Positions 19,862 to 33,340 of a DNA stretch of 64,000 nucleotides are shown in pieces. The translations under genes were made by a program, and so were the position numbers. Each line of letters opens with the position of its first letter. Positions within the stretch are counted from its first letter, which is position 1. The DNA is from an uncultured Fibrobacterota bacterium (GTDB lineage: Bacteria; Fibrobacterota; Chitinivibrionia; Chitinivibrionales; FEN-1185), in the NCBI GenBank assembly GCA_963753345.1, contig CAVWBU010000015.1, forward strand, positions 64,001 through 128,000. Reading direction: 5' to 3'. Below the pieces are notes generated by a model. It searched no databases and was not told the origin of the DNA. It saw only the letters and a list, made by a program, of their open reading frames with translations.

Positions 19862-21082
19862 TCAAATCTTTGGTTTGTCAACGTGCGGATTTTCCGGCCC
19901 TGTCAGGTCCGTCCCCCGCACCACAATATCGTCGCCGAACCTGTCGGCGAGCCTGTCGATGGCACGCTCGGACTTTTCCCACGGCACCTGAGAGTTGTCC
20001 TGTTTGAAAAGATCAAGCTGCACCTCCCCGCCGAATCCGGTAATACCCACGCCGATCAGCCGGAGCTTGAAATTCCTGGGCAGGGAATCACACAAGATAA
20101 CCGCATGAGTGAATATGGCATTTGCGAGGGAAGTGGGAGAGGCGAGCGTGGTACGCCGGGTATGTTTTGTAAAGTCGGCGCCCCGGTAAATAAAGACCAC
20201 TGTCCTTCCCACAATGCCAGCTTTTCGTGCGCTCCGGGACACATCCTGCGACAGCGCGAGCAGCGTTTTCTTCCATTGTTCCCGGTCTGACGAGTCCTTT
20301 TCAAAGGTATGCTCCCGGGAAATGGACCGTGCATCCTCATCGTTTCCAACAGGCCGGTTGTCGATGCCGCGGCACAAGTCATACAAATCGACGCCCGATT
20401 CACCGAATGCCTGCACCAGGGACTCTTGCGACCTTTCTTGAAGGTCTCCAATGGTGATGATCCCCATGCTGCGCAGCACGGCCTCGGTCTTTTTCCCCAC
20501 GCCCCATATTTTTCCAACCGGGTGCGGTGCGAGCCACAAGACGATTTCCTGCGGATCGGACGGAACAAGGGTCAGACCGTCGGGCTTGTGCAGGTCCGAC
20601 GCGAATTTCGCAAGGAACTTGTTCGGTGCCACGCCGACGGACGCAGTAAGGGACAGCCGGTCCTTGATGGCGTGGCGTATGGCGGTTGCGACGGACTTGC
20701 CGTCGCCGAAAAGTTTACCGGTTCCGGTGGCGTCAAGAAATGCCTCGTCAACCGAAACCTGCTCCACAACCGGGGAGAAGCTGTGCAGAATCCCCATCAC
20801 CCTGTGAGACTCTTCACCGTAGACCTCCATGCGGGGCGGCAGAAAAACGGCCTGTGGGCAGCGCCTGAACGCCTCGTTGATCGGCATGGCCGAGTGTATG
20901 CCGAATTTCCTCGCCTCATAGCTTGCGGCAGCAACGACCCCGCGGTGTCCAGGCCTCGCTCCGACCACGACCGGTTTCCCTCGGTAAACAGGGTTGTCGC
21001 GCTGTTCTATCGAGGTGAAGAAAGCATCCATGTCGATGTGGAGAATGATGCGTTGGATGGATGATCCCAAATTGTGAGGCAT
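19862..21082 (-). CDS. dinB: DNA polymerase IV
   Basis: HIDMDAFF, ASYEARKFG, SVDEAFLD, KFASDLHKPDG and QLDLF motifs. Confidence 0.95.
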   Translation of the reverse strand: MPHNLGSSIQRIILHIDMDAFFTSIEQRDNPVYRGKPVVVGARPGHRGVVAAASYEARKFGIHSAMPINEAFRRCPQAVFLPPRMEVYGEESHRVMGILHSFSPVVEQVSVDEAFLDATGTGKLFGDGKSVATAIRHAIKDRLSLTASVGVAPNKFLAKFASDLHKPDGLTLVPSDPQEIVLWLAPHPVGKIWGVGKKTEAVLRSMGIITIGDLQERSQESLVQAFGESGVDLYDLCRGIDNRPVGNDEDARSISREHTFEKDSSDREQWKKTLLALSQDVSRSARKAGIVGRTVVFIYRGADFTKHTRRTTLASPTSLANAIFTHAVILCDSLPRNFKLRLIGVGITGFGGEVQLDLFKQDNSQVPWEKSERAIDRLADRFGDDIVVRGTDLTGPENPHVDKPKI

Positions 21083-21121
21083 AATAACAAATTATACATG
21101 ACGCGGTTAAGAAAAAAAAAG

Positions 21122-21385
21122 AGTTGAAGCGTTGAAAAGTTGAAACGTTGAAAAGTTCTAAATTAAAAATAAAACGTCCCCCCTTGATTTATAGCGAATG
21201 CCGATTGGCGCGAGAAAAACTAATTGTCTAAAAGGGAGGCTATTGCCGCGCGCCAGGCAGGATCGGAAGGTGAGCTAAAGCGAATCGCTGGCCGACCCTC
21301 GCCGTGGGCGCTAAGGGCGGTCCAGCAACGAGGCCGTAGGCCGAGCCTGGAGGGAGGGCCGCCGCCGCGTAGCGGCGGGGCGCCC
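21122..21385 (+). repeat. Mosaic: (GTTGAANN)4 tandem, linker gattggcgcgaga, A(+) 21245-21385
   Basis: Matches other copies in the window. Confidence 0.88.
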
Positions 21386-21411
21386 ATATTCTTTTACATG
21401 AAAGGGAAATG

Positions 21412-22224
21412 CTACGTGACCTGGATCAGCCCGCTGCTGATCTTCTCTATCTTTTCGAGACTGGCGAGGAATGCGTCAACCACCCGCGGATCAAATTGTT
21501 TGCCCCGTTCACTCTTTATGACCTCGATCGCATCGGGAATGGAGGTGGGGTCCTTGTAGGAGCGTTTCGATGTGATTGCGTCAAACGTGTCGGCGAGCGC
21601 CACGATCCTTCCCGGAAGGGGAATGGCGTCGCCTATGATACCGCACGGATACCCGGTGCCGTTCCACCGTTCGTGATGGGTAAGAGCGATCTGCCCGGCA
21701 ACGGTGAGAATGTGCGACTTGGAATTGGCGAGGATTTCCGCGCCGATGACCGTGTGCCGCTTCATGATGCTGAATTCATCGTCTGTCAACCTGCGCGGCG
21801 CGGTGATGATGTAATCCGGTATGCCGATCTTGCCGACATCGTGCATGGGTGCGGCATAGAGGATGGTGAGAACGTCCCGTTCGGAAAGCCCCATTTTCTC
21901 GGCGATGACCGCGCTGTACCTGCTCATGCGCGCGATATGCTGACCGGTGAACTCGTCTTTGTACTCCACGGCCAGCATCAGCCGGTGGACCGTGTCGTAA
22001 TACGCTTCCTGCAGTTCATTGTTCACCGACTTGAGCATCGAATTGTTCCTCTGCAGGTCTTCGGCGTACTTCTTGAGCTGCCGGTTGGTGGCGGCAAGTT
22101 CATTGCGGTGTTTTTTTGTTTCCTTGTAGAGGCGGGCGAAATCGCGAGCGTACCTGATGGACTGCGACGACGCGAGCTCCAGTTCCTTCTTGAGGGCTTG
22201 CGTCTTCGCCGACCGGAGCAGCAT
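21412..22224 (-). CDS. HD-GYP domain c-di-GMP phosphodiesterase with N-terminal coiled coil
   Basis: HDVGKIG, HHERWNGTGYP and ADTFDA motifs; AAAGGA RBS. Confidence 0.9.
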   Translation of the reverse strand: MLLRSAKTQALKKELELASSQSIRYARDFARLYKETKKHRNELAATNRQLKKYAEDLQRNNSMLKSVNNELQEAYYDTVHRLMLAVEYKDEFTGQHIARMSRYSAVIAEKMGLSERDVLTILYAAPMHDVGKIGIPDYIITAPRRLTDDEFSIMKRHTVIGAEILANSKSHILTVAGQIALTHHERWNGTGYPCGIIGDAIPLPGRIVALADTFDAITSKRSYKDPTSIPDAIEVIKSERGKQFDPRVVDAFLASLEKIEKISSGLIQVT

Positions 22225-22239
22225 GTGACGGTCCTTTCT

Positions 22240-22620
22240 CTATGCGCCGACGCCGCCGAGCGAGAGGTTGTCGATGCGCTGAAGCAGGTCGAGAGGGCTG
22301 AATGGCTTGATAAAGTAAGATTCGGCCCCCGCCTTGAGAGCTTCCTTCTGAACCTGCTTTTCATCGGTTCCCGTGAGGATTATTACCTTGCAGTTCTTGG
22401 TGAGAGGATTGCTTTTAATGGTCCTTGTCGCCTCGATGCCGTTGATGCCGCCCTCGAGCGTGACGTCCATGATGATGAAATCGGGCTTTTCCACGGTCGC
22501 AATGGCGATCGCGCGCATGGCATCCGCCGCTTCGAGAACCCGGTATTCGGTAGGGTCAAACGTTGCAATGACAAGTTCTCTGATGTCCCTGTTGTCATCG
22601 ACGATAAGGAGCTTTTTCAT
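22240..22620 (-). CDS. Single-domain response regulator
   Basis: LLIVDD, IIMD, ILTG and KPF receiver motifs. Confidence 0.9.
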   Translation of the reverse strand: MKKLLIVDDNRDIRELVIATFDPTEYRVLEAADAMRAIAIATVEKPDFIIMDVTLEGGINGIEATRTIKSNPLTKNCKVIILTGTDEKQVQKEALKAGAESYFIKPFSPLDLLQRIDNLSLGGVGA

Positions 22621-22861
22621 TTGGTCCTGTGTGCGTGAATGTGTAATCACTGGGGAAAATTCGATTGCATATTTCCTAAGAAACGGCTCGTAGAACATCT
22701 ATTGTAGTATTCGGGACGGACAATGTCAATATTATGGCTGTTAAGCGACGACATTTTGCCGTTCGACATCTGTCGCGTCTGCCAGCTTTGAGAAAGGGCA
22801 AGGATAGCGGCGCGACGTTTCCCCAGGGGACGCGGGGATTGCAGGCGCACGATTTGTGCGG

Positions 22862-23212
22862 CTAATGCTGCGCAACGGAAGGGGACGAAACGAGTTCCGC
22901 TTCGGATCCGACAATCCGGATCATCCTGTCGAAATCGATCACGGTGAGAATATCGAGGATGTTGCTGTTTGCTTCCACGATCGCAAGATGGCCTCCTGCG
23001 TCTTTGATCATCTCCAGGCAGGCAATAAGCACCGCTATCGATCTTGTGTACAAATAGGAGGATCTGGTGAAGGCGAGGGCAATGTTCATAGCGCCTTCGA
23101 CAAGGTGCCGCTCAATGCGCTTCTTGAGATCAGCCAGGTCGGAATTGAGCACAACGTCCTCCCTGAAACGGAAGACGGTGTAGTCGCCCTTCTTGTATGT
23201 GTCAATATCCAT
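22862..23212 (-). CDS. STAS-domain anti-sigma-factor antagonist
   Basis: About 115 aa with YLYTRSIAVL...GGHLAIV...ILDIL, a STAS-like pattern. Confidence 0.75.
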   Translation of the reverse strand: MDIDTYKKGDYTVFRFREDVVLNSDLADLKKRIERHLVEGAMNIALAFTRSSYLYTRSIAVLIACLEMIKDAGGHLAIVEANSNILDILTVIDFDRMIRIVGSEAELVSSPSVAQH

Positions 23213-23433
23213 GTCGACGGCCCGCCTGCGCGGAACGGGGTATCTCTGTAGAGGGGAATAAAATAGATTATGACGCACAGCGGCATGATCCTAATACTTG
23301 GAATGATTTGTTCTGAATCCTTGTGCGGCCGTCATGCAGATTGTACTTTATCAAACACGGGCATTAGGATATATTCCAAGGATTTGTACCACCGCCGCAT
23401 GTCAGGTTTTCACCAATAAAAGGAAACACCCCG

Positions 23434-24540
23434 ATGATTTCTGCCGGTGAAGCTCCCCGCGCCAGCCTTCTGCTTATCGACGACGAATTGCCGATATGCA
23501 TCGGCGTTTCAGGCCTGCTGGAGATGATGGGATTTACGTCCAGCTACGCGCTCGATGGCGCTGAAGGAATGCAGTTTCTCGAGGAACACCCCGAAACCGA
23601 TGTCGTTCTTCTCGATATCAATCTCGGGGCCGGGAAATCGGGCATGGATCTTCTGCCGGAGATCCGCGAGCGGTTCAAGCATGTGCAGGTGATGATGTTC
23701 ACATCGCACGATTCGCTCAGCACGGGACTGGAGTGCATGAAGAAGGGCGCGGCCGACTACCTCACCAAACCCTTTGACGAAAAGGATTTTCTCAAGAAGA
23801 TCCCCGCGGTGATCGCAAAGAAAAATATGGCCCGGCTCAACGAGCTGTATTTCGGGATCCTCATCCATGACCTCAAGAGCCCGCTGCAATGCATTGTCGG
23901 GGCGTGGGAAATTTCAAAAACGTACCTTCCGGAAACGCTTACCGAAACACAGCGCCGTGTGGTCGCGACGGGCGACGCGGGAATAGTTCAATTGAAATCC
24001 ATGATTGACAACATGCTCAGCGTTGCGAAGCTTGAGTCGGGAACGTATCCTGTGGTCAAGGAAGAATTTTGCGTGAATCGGACGGCCGAGGAAGTCTTGA
24101 GCCCCTTGCGTCTTCAGATTGCGTCTTCGTCACGGAGAATTGACGCCAAATACTCCCACCCAGGAGAATACCGAATCGTTTCGGACAAGGAACTGTTCGC
24201 GCGTGTGCTGTTCAACATCCTTGTCAATGCCATCAGGTATACGCCGTCCGGCGAAAAGATCACGGTGAGGTTCGAGCAGAAAGAGAACGGGGAATTTAAG
24301 ACCGCGATCCACAATCCCGGATCGTATGTGGAGCGCAATCACCGGGAAGACATTTTTGACAAATTCGCGAGCGTGTATCTGACAAGACAGGGCTCCGGAA
24401 CCGGCAATTTCGGGCTTGGTCTCACCTTTTGCAAGATGGCGGTCGAGGCAATGGGCGGCAGGATCTGGGTCGAGTGCGAAGAAAATACGCCGTCGGCCAC
24501 GTTTAATTTCGTGGTAAAGGCCGACGGCTCGCCCTTGTAG
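23434..24540 (+). CDS. Hybrid receiver-histidine kinase
   Basis: N-terminal REC (LIDD, LLDI, KPF); H-box HDLKSPL, N-box NILVNAIRY, G-box GLGL. Confidence 0.9.
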   Translation: MISAGEAPRASLLLIDDELPICIGVSGLLEMMGFTSSYALDGAEGMQFLEEHPETDVVLLDINLGAGKSGMDLLPEIRERFKHVQVMMFTSHDSLSTGLECMKKGAADYLTKPFDEKDFLKKIPAVIAKKNMARLNELYFGILIHDLKSPLQCIVGAWEISKTYLPETLTETQRRVVATGDAGIVQLKSMIDNMLSVAKLESGTYPVVKEEFCVNRTAEEVLSPLRLQIASSSRRIDAKYSHPGEYRIVSDKELFARVLFNILVNAIRYTPSGEKITVRFEQKENGEFKTAIHNPGSYVERNHREDIFDKFASVYLTRQGSGTGNFGLGLTFCKMAVEAMGGRIWVECEENTPSATFNFVVKADGSPL

Positions 24541-24558
24541 CATTTCCCTTTTGCAGGG

Positions 24559-24587
24559 TTGACAAGTTTGCGCCCTCCAGCTATTTT
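24559..24587 (+). promoter_or_regulatory. Sigma70-type promoter of bioB
   Basis: TTGACA-N17-TATTTT, ending 12 nt before the ATG (near-leaderless). Confidence 0.5.
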
Positions 24588-24599
24588 CTTGCCCACCCC

Positions 24600-25589
24600 A
24601 TGAACCTTCTTTCAAAAGCGCACGATCTGCTGCAAAAATCGCTTGATGATTGCATTTCCCCGCAGGATCTCGACGCCGTTATCGCATGGCCTTTGGAGGA
24701 AATCTCGCTGCTGTTCGCATGTGCCGATCGTGTGAAGCGAACGTTTTTCCACAACACGGTCGATCCGTGTGCGCTCATGAACATCAAATCGGGAAACTGT
24801 TCGGAAGACTGTGCGTTCTGCAGCCAGTCATCGCGCAACAAGACCGACGTGCCGATACGGGATTTGGCGGGTAAGGACGAGATTATCGCCGCCAGCAGAG
24901 CCGCGGCGGAGAAAGCCCTTGCTTTTTGCGTGGTTTCCAGCGGCAGGCGGGTCGCACCCACCGAACTCAAGAAGGTGGCGGCCGCGCTCAAACAATGCCG
25001 CGGAGAAAAACACGCTTCCCTTGGTATTCTTTCCGAAGAAGAATTCCGGCTGCTCAAGTCAGCGGGCGTGACGTGCTATAACCACAACCTTGAGACGAGC
25101 AGGCGGTACTACGCATCGATCGTGTCAACTCACCGGTACGATGACCGTGTGAATACGGTGCGCGCGGCGCAAAAGGCCGGACTTCGCGTGTGCTGCGGAG
25201 GGATATTCGGCATGGGCGAGACGTGGGAAGACAGGAAGGCCTTGTGCCTGGAGCTTGGGGCGCTCAATGTCGACACGATACCAATGAACTTTCTTATTCC
25301 CATCCCCGGCATACGGGTGGCGCCGGCCTCGGAGTCGCCGCTGGAGTTTCTCAAGATCGTATCGATGTTCCGGCTCGCTCATCCCCGCAGGACCATAAAG
25401 GTCTGCGGCGGCAGGGAAAAAAACCTCGGCCCGATGCAGTGCCTTATTTTCTGCGCCGGTGCAAACGGATATATCTCGGGCGGATACCTTACGACGCAAG
25501 GAAACGGGATAGAGGCGGATGACGAGATGATAAGGCTTCTTGGATTGACAAAGAAGCACGTGAGGAAGATGGCACTTTACCCTATATAA
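24600..25589 (+). CDS. bioB: Biotin synthase
   Basis: Radical-SAM CSEDCAFCSQS, YNHNLETS, CCGGIFGMGE and GYLTT motifs. Confidence 0.95.
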   Translation: MNLLSKAHDLLQKSLDDCISPQDLDAVIAWPLEEISLLFACADRVKRTFFHNTVDPCALMNIKSGNCSEDCAFCSQSSRNKTDVPIRDLAGKDEIIAASRAAAEKALAFCVVSSGRRVAPTELKKVAAALKQCRGEKHASLGILSEEEFRLLKSAGVTCYNHNLETSRRYYASIVSTHRYDDRVNTVRAAQKAGLRVCCGGIFGMGETWEDRKALCLELGALNVDTIPMNFLIPIPGIRVAPASESPLEFLKIVSMFRLAHPRRTIKVCGGREKNLGPMQCLIFCAGANGYISGGYLTTQGNGIEADDEMIRLLGLTKKHVRKMALYPI

Positions 25590-25596
25590 ATAGGAT

Positions 25597-26005
25597 GGGC
25601 GTTTCCCTCCCCCTCGACAAAGCTCGGGGTCGGGTCGGCCCTCCCTCCGGTCTCGGCCTTCGGCCTCGGGCTGCCACGGCCCTATGGCCCACAGGGCCGG
25701 GTCCGGGCAGCATCCCGCTTTGGCGGGACCTCCGGTCCTGCCTAACGCATGCGCATGTGACAAGTGCTGACCCGAATTTTCGCAAATGCTTGACATGCGA
25801 CAGTTGACAAAAGTGCGTGCATCCTAATTCACTATTGCCGCGAAGCGGCATTCCATTGAGGTTGCGTTGCGAAGGGGCGACGCCACGCGAGCGTAAGTCG
25901 AGCGTACTTGGCGCGCCCCTTTGCTGGAGGGGGTAGCGGAAGACACCGGAGGCCGAAGGACGAGGAGGCTGGAGCGAGGGGGAAACGCAAAGCGGTGCCC
26001 CCACC
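25597..26005. repeat. Mosaic: A(-) 25597-25754, C(+) 25803-26005
   Basis: The C copy closely resembles 54711-54916. Confidence 0.9.
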
Positions 26006-26347
26006 AAGAACTTCAATTCAAATCTTGGCTTTGTTATTAATTTCTTTTTAATGCCTTTCTTAAATTTTTCTCACATTCCCGGCTTGACTCCTATGCCCGA
26101 AAACATTATTTTGGTACAGGCTTAAGAGGGGGCCAAAACACAAAATGTTGTACTGCAAAGAGAGCGTGCATCCAAAATGTGGGGTGCCGTCGGGCACCTG
26201 GAAAGGTGCAGGGATTTAGAAAATGCGGAAAAACGCCGGGCATATTTTCAATCTTCTCCTACCGTGCCGGGCCTTTTTCTCTTCTCTCCTCCACGGAGGC
26301 GTATGGCCTCCGGGAGTCCCGGTTTCAACAAGCCGGATTTTCCCGAA

Positions 26348-26385
26348 AAGACATCTACCACGAAAAGGGTAGGTGTCTTTTTTTT
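26348..26385 (+). terminator. Intrinsic terminator in the carA leader
   Basis: agacatctacc/ggtaggtgtct stem followed by a T-run; upstream TTGACT-N17-TATTTT promoter at 26084-26112. Confidence 0.6.
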
Positions 26386-26455
26386 GATATGATTATATAT
26401 GATGAGAAATGATGATCGCGTTTGCAACTGTGGAAATCCATCAGAGGGGTGATTC

Positions 26456-27547
26456 TTGAAAGGTATACTGGCTCTGGAAGACGGAACCGTGTTCGAAGGC
26501 GAAGGCTTCGGCGCGCCTGGCGAAGCATGCGGTGAGGCGGTATTCAACACGAGCCTTACCGGATATCAGGAGGTGCTCACCGACCCGTCATACTGTTCGC
26601 AGATCGTGACCATGACCTATCCGCTTATCGGCAACTACGGCGTGAACGACGCGGACATCGAATCATCGCGCATTCAGGTGTCGGGCTTTGTTGTCAAGGA
26701 GTATTGCCCGTATCCGTCCAACTTCCGCTCGCAGAAATCGATTTCAGATTACCTCAGGGAAAGCGGCATCGTGGGCGTGGCGGGCATCGACACGCGCAGG
26801 CTCACGCGGCGGCTGCGCATCGCGGGTGCCATGAAGAGCATTGTCTGGGCGGGCGAGAAGGCGCCGCCCGTTTCGGCACTTGTTGACAAGGCGAAAGCCT
26901 GGGAGGGACTCGTTGGCCTCGACATTGTCAAGAACGTGACCTGCACAAAGGCTTACGAATGGGAACCGTCGAAAAACGGCCACCGGTTCAATGTGGTGGC
27001 GTTCGACTTCGGTATCAAGTTTAACATCCTCCGCATCCTCAAGTCGCTCGGGTGCAAGGTGACCGTGGTGCCTGCGTCAACCACTGCGGAGCAGGCGCTT
27101 GCATACAAACCCGACGGTATTTTTCTTAGCAACGGCCCTGGCGACCCTGCCGCGGTCACCTACGCCATTGAGACCATACGAAAACTGTTGGGCAAGCGAC
27201 CGATATTCGGCATTTGTCTCGGCCACCAGCTTCTGGGCCTTGCGCTGGGCGCGAAGACCTACAAGCTCAAGTTCGGCCACCGCGGGGCGAACCATCCAGT
27301 CAAGAACCTGGAGACCGGCGCCATCGCAATAACGTCGCAGAACCACGGGTTCTGCGTGGACATAGAAAGCCTCAAGGCGCGCGGGGTCGCCATGACGCAC
27401 GTGAACCTCAACGACCACACCTGCGAGGGCCTTTCCGATAAGTCAAACAGGATGTTCTGCGTGCAGTATCATCCGGAAGCGTCCCCAGGGCCGCACGATT
27501 CAGGATATCTGTTCAAACAGTTCATCACCATGATGGAGAAAGATTGA
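26456..27547 (+). CDS. carA: Carbamoyl-phosphate synthase small chain
   Basis: TTG start; [25 protein letters not shown] and [10 protein letters not shown] motifs. Confidence 0.97.
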   Translation: MKGILALEDGTVFEGEGFGAPGEACGEAVFNTSLTGYQEVLTDPSYCSQIVTMTYPLIGNYGVNDADIESSRIQVSGFVVKEYCPYPSNFRSQKSISDYLRESGIVGVAGIDTRRLTRRLRIAGAMKSIVWAGEKAPPVSALVDKAKAWEGLVGLDIVKNVTCTKAYEWEPSKNGHRFNVVAFDFGIKFNILRILKSLGCKVTVVPASTTAEQALAYKPDGIFLSNGPGDPAAVTYAIETIRKLLGKRPIFGICLGHQLLGLALGAKTYKLKFGHRGANHPVKNLETGAIAITSQNHGFCVDIESLKARGVAMTHVNLNDHTCEGLSDKSNRMFCVQYHPEASPGPHDSGYLFKQFITMMEKD

Positions 27548-30835
<3,288 letters not shown>

Positions 30836-30850
30836 GGAAGACATTGTCGA

Positions 30851-31177
30851 GTGGGGGAGGTCTCCCCTCGCTACGGCCCGGCCGCGCAGGTTTGCAAAGT
30901 AATATTCCGAATGTGCGCGTCCGGTCCTCCGCTACCCCCTCCTGGGTGGCCCCCTTGATGGCGCAGTGGCAAGCGCGACACATGGTTGTGGGGGCACCGA
31001 CGAAGAGCAGTTGAAAAGTTGAAACGTTGAATCGTTGAAACGTTCAAGAGATCGAGATTCGGAACTTTTCTTGTGGAGCAATTGGCGGGAGACCCGGCCT
31101 CAAGGCATAGGGCGGGCGGCAACGAGGCGAATAGCCGGCCCGGAGGGAGACCGACCCCGCGAAGCGGGGGAACGCCC
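30851..31177. repeat. Mosaic: B 30851-31008, (GTTGAANN)n 31010-31045, 5'-truncated A(+) 31091-31177
   Basis: Matches other copies in the window. Confidence 0.88.
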
Positions 31178-31242
31178 AATGATTTTATTAATTGTTTATT
31201 TATTGCAAACTTCACCAATATATTAAAAACGGGAGCCTCACC

Positions 31243-32850
31243 ATGCCCAAGTACATCTTTGTGACAGGCGGAGTCGTGTCGTCCCTCGGAAAGGGAATTA
31301 CCGCGGCGTCAATCGGGGTGCTTCTCAAGTCGCGCGGGCTGCGGATCGTGCACCAGAAATTCGATCCGTACCTCAACGTCGATCCGGGCACCATGAACCC
31401 GTACCAGCACGGTGAAGTGTACGTCACCGACGACGGCGCGGAGACCGACCTCGATCTCGGCCACTACGAACGGTTCACCGGCGTCACCACCAACAAGAAC
31501 TGCAACTACACCACGGGCCGCATCTACGACGCCATCATCAAGAAGGAGCGCAGGGGAGACTACCTGGGAGGAACCGTGCAGGTGGTTCCGCACGTCACCA
31601 CCGAAATCTGCAACAGCATCCGCAGCGTTGCCTCGGCGGAGGTCGACGTGGTGATATGTGAAATCGGCGGCACGGTGGGAGACATAGAAAGCCTTCCGTT
31701 CCTCGAGGCGCTGCGGCAGTTTAGGCTTCAGGAAGGCCGCAATAACGTGCTGTTTATCCATGTGACGCTTATCCCGTATTTGAAAATGGCGGGTGAAATC
31801 AAAACAAAGCCGACCCAGCATTCGGTGGGAAAACTTCGCGAAATAGGCATCATGCCCGACATGCTGATCTGCCGCACCGAGAAACACATCGACAAGGACT
31901 CGCGCAAGAAGATCTCCCTGTTCTGCAACGTTGACGAAGAGGCGGTGATCGAGGCTTTCGACGCTCCCCATTCGATCTACGAAGTGCCGCTCGACTTTGC
32001 GGCGCAGGACATAGATCAGGTGATCATCGATATTCTGGGGCTGCGGGCGGGCCGGCGCAACCTCAAGGCGTGGCGGGACTACGTCGACCGCGTGATCAAC
32101 GCGGAAAAAACGGTGAATATCGCCATCGTGGGAAAATATTCCGAACTGCTTGACGCGTACAAATCGATTCATGAATCTCTCAACCACGCCGGCGCGTTTC
32201 ACAGCGCGAAAGTCAAAATACTGAGCGTGTCGGCCGAAGACATCGAAAGAAACGGCGCCGACAAAATTCTCACGGATGCCGACGGCATATTGGTGCCCGG
32301 CGGATTCGGGGGCAGAGGCGTTGAAGGTAAAATTCTCGCCGTGAAATACGCGCGGGAAAACAAGGTGCCGTATTTCGGCATCTGTTACGGCATGCATATG
32401 GCAGTGATCGAATTCGCCCGCAATGTCCTGAAGCTTGAGTGCGCCGACACCACGGAGAACAACGCGGAAACAAAGTACCCCGTCATCCATTTGATGGAGG
32501 AACAGAAACGCATCATGAACCTGGGCGGCACAATGCGCCTCGGCGCTTTCCCCTGCACGCTCAAGAAAGGGACTGCAGCGCGCAAGGCATACGGCAAAGA
32601 TCAGATCAGCGAACGCCACCGCCACCGGTATGAATACAACAACGATTATCGGGAACAATTCGAGAAGGCCGGACTTGTCGTATGCGGTGAATCGCCGGAC
32701 GGCATGCTTGTGGAAATGGTGGAAATAGAAAATCATCCATGGTTCGTGGCCGTGCAGTTTCACCCGGAATTCAAGTCGAGGCCGGTTGATCCGCATCCGC
32801 TGTTCAGGGATTTTGTGGGGGCGAGTATTAAGTATGGCGGGAAGAAATAG
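31243..32850 (+). CDS. pyrG: CTP synthase
   Basis: [27 protein letters not shown] and QFHPEF motifs. Confidence 0.98.
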   Translation: MPKYIFVTGGVVSSLGKGITAASIGVLLKSRGLRIVHQKFDPYLNVDPGTMNPYQHGEVYVTDDGAETDLDLGHYERFTGVTTNKNCNYTTGRIYDAIIKKERRGDYLGGTVQVVPHVTTEICNSIRSVASAEVDVVICEIGGTVGDIESLPFLEALRQFRLQEGRNNVLFIHVTLIPYLKMAGEIKTKPTQHSVGKLREIGIMPDMLICRTEKHIDKDSRKKISLFCNVDEEAVIEAFDAPHSIYEVPLDFAAQDIDQVIIDILGLRAGRRNLKAWRDYVDRVINAEKTVNIAIVGKYSELLDAYKSIHESLNHAGAFHSAKVKILSVSAEDIERNGADKILTDADGILVPGGFGGRGVEGKILAVKYARENKVPYFGICYGMHMAVIEFARNVLKLECADTTENNAETKYPVIHLMEEQKRIMNLGGTMRLGAFPCTLKKGTAARKAYGKDQISERHRHRYEYNNDYREQFEKAGLVVCGESPDGMLVEMVEIENHPWFVAVQFHPEFKSRPVDPHPLFRDFVGASIKYGGKK

Positions 32851-32863
32851 AGATAAGATTCTT

Positions 32864-33300
32864 GGTGGGGGAAGTATCCCCCCTGCCTGCGGCCCTGCGG
32901 TCCTCCGGCACCCCCTCCTGGGTGCTCCCCATGATGGTGCAGCGGCGAGCGCAATACATGGTTGAGGGGGCACCCACGAGGAGCAGTTGAAAAGTTGAAA
33001 CGTTGAACAGTTGAAGAGTTGAAAAACAAAGAAAGAAACGTTGGTTGATGTATGCGAATGCGGGTTGGCGCGAGAAGAAGTAGTTGACTGAAAGGAATTC
33101 TGTTACCGCGCGTTAGGTGGACCGGAGGGTGAGCTAAAGCGAATTGCCGGTCGACCCGGCCGAAAGGCATAGGGCGATCCGGCAACGAGGCCGAACGGCC
33201 GAGCCCGAAGGAAGACCGACCCGACCCCGAGCGAAGTCGAGGGGGAGGGGAACGCCCAATTCTTATCGTATCTTGTAAAGCGGTGCCCCCACCAAGAACT
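32864..33300. repeat. Mosaic: B 32864-32984, (GTTGAANN)5, linker, A(+) 33106-33257, C-end remnant 33278-33300
   Basis: Complete B-tandem-linker-A unit; aagcggtgcccccaccaagaact is identical to the sequence at 25990. Confidence 0.9.
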
Positions 33301-33340
33301 ACTGATTGATATTTAAACTTAACAATAGGCAGTGATATCC

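Noticed and set aside
33106-33257. Module A as a hammerhead or other known self-cleaving ribozyme
   Set aside because: No conserved CUGANGA/GAAA core or other ribozyme consensus that I can recognise. An Rfam scan would be needed to exclude this fully.
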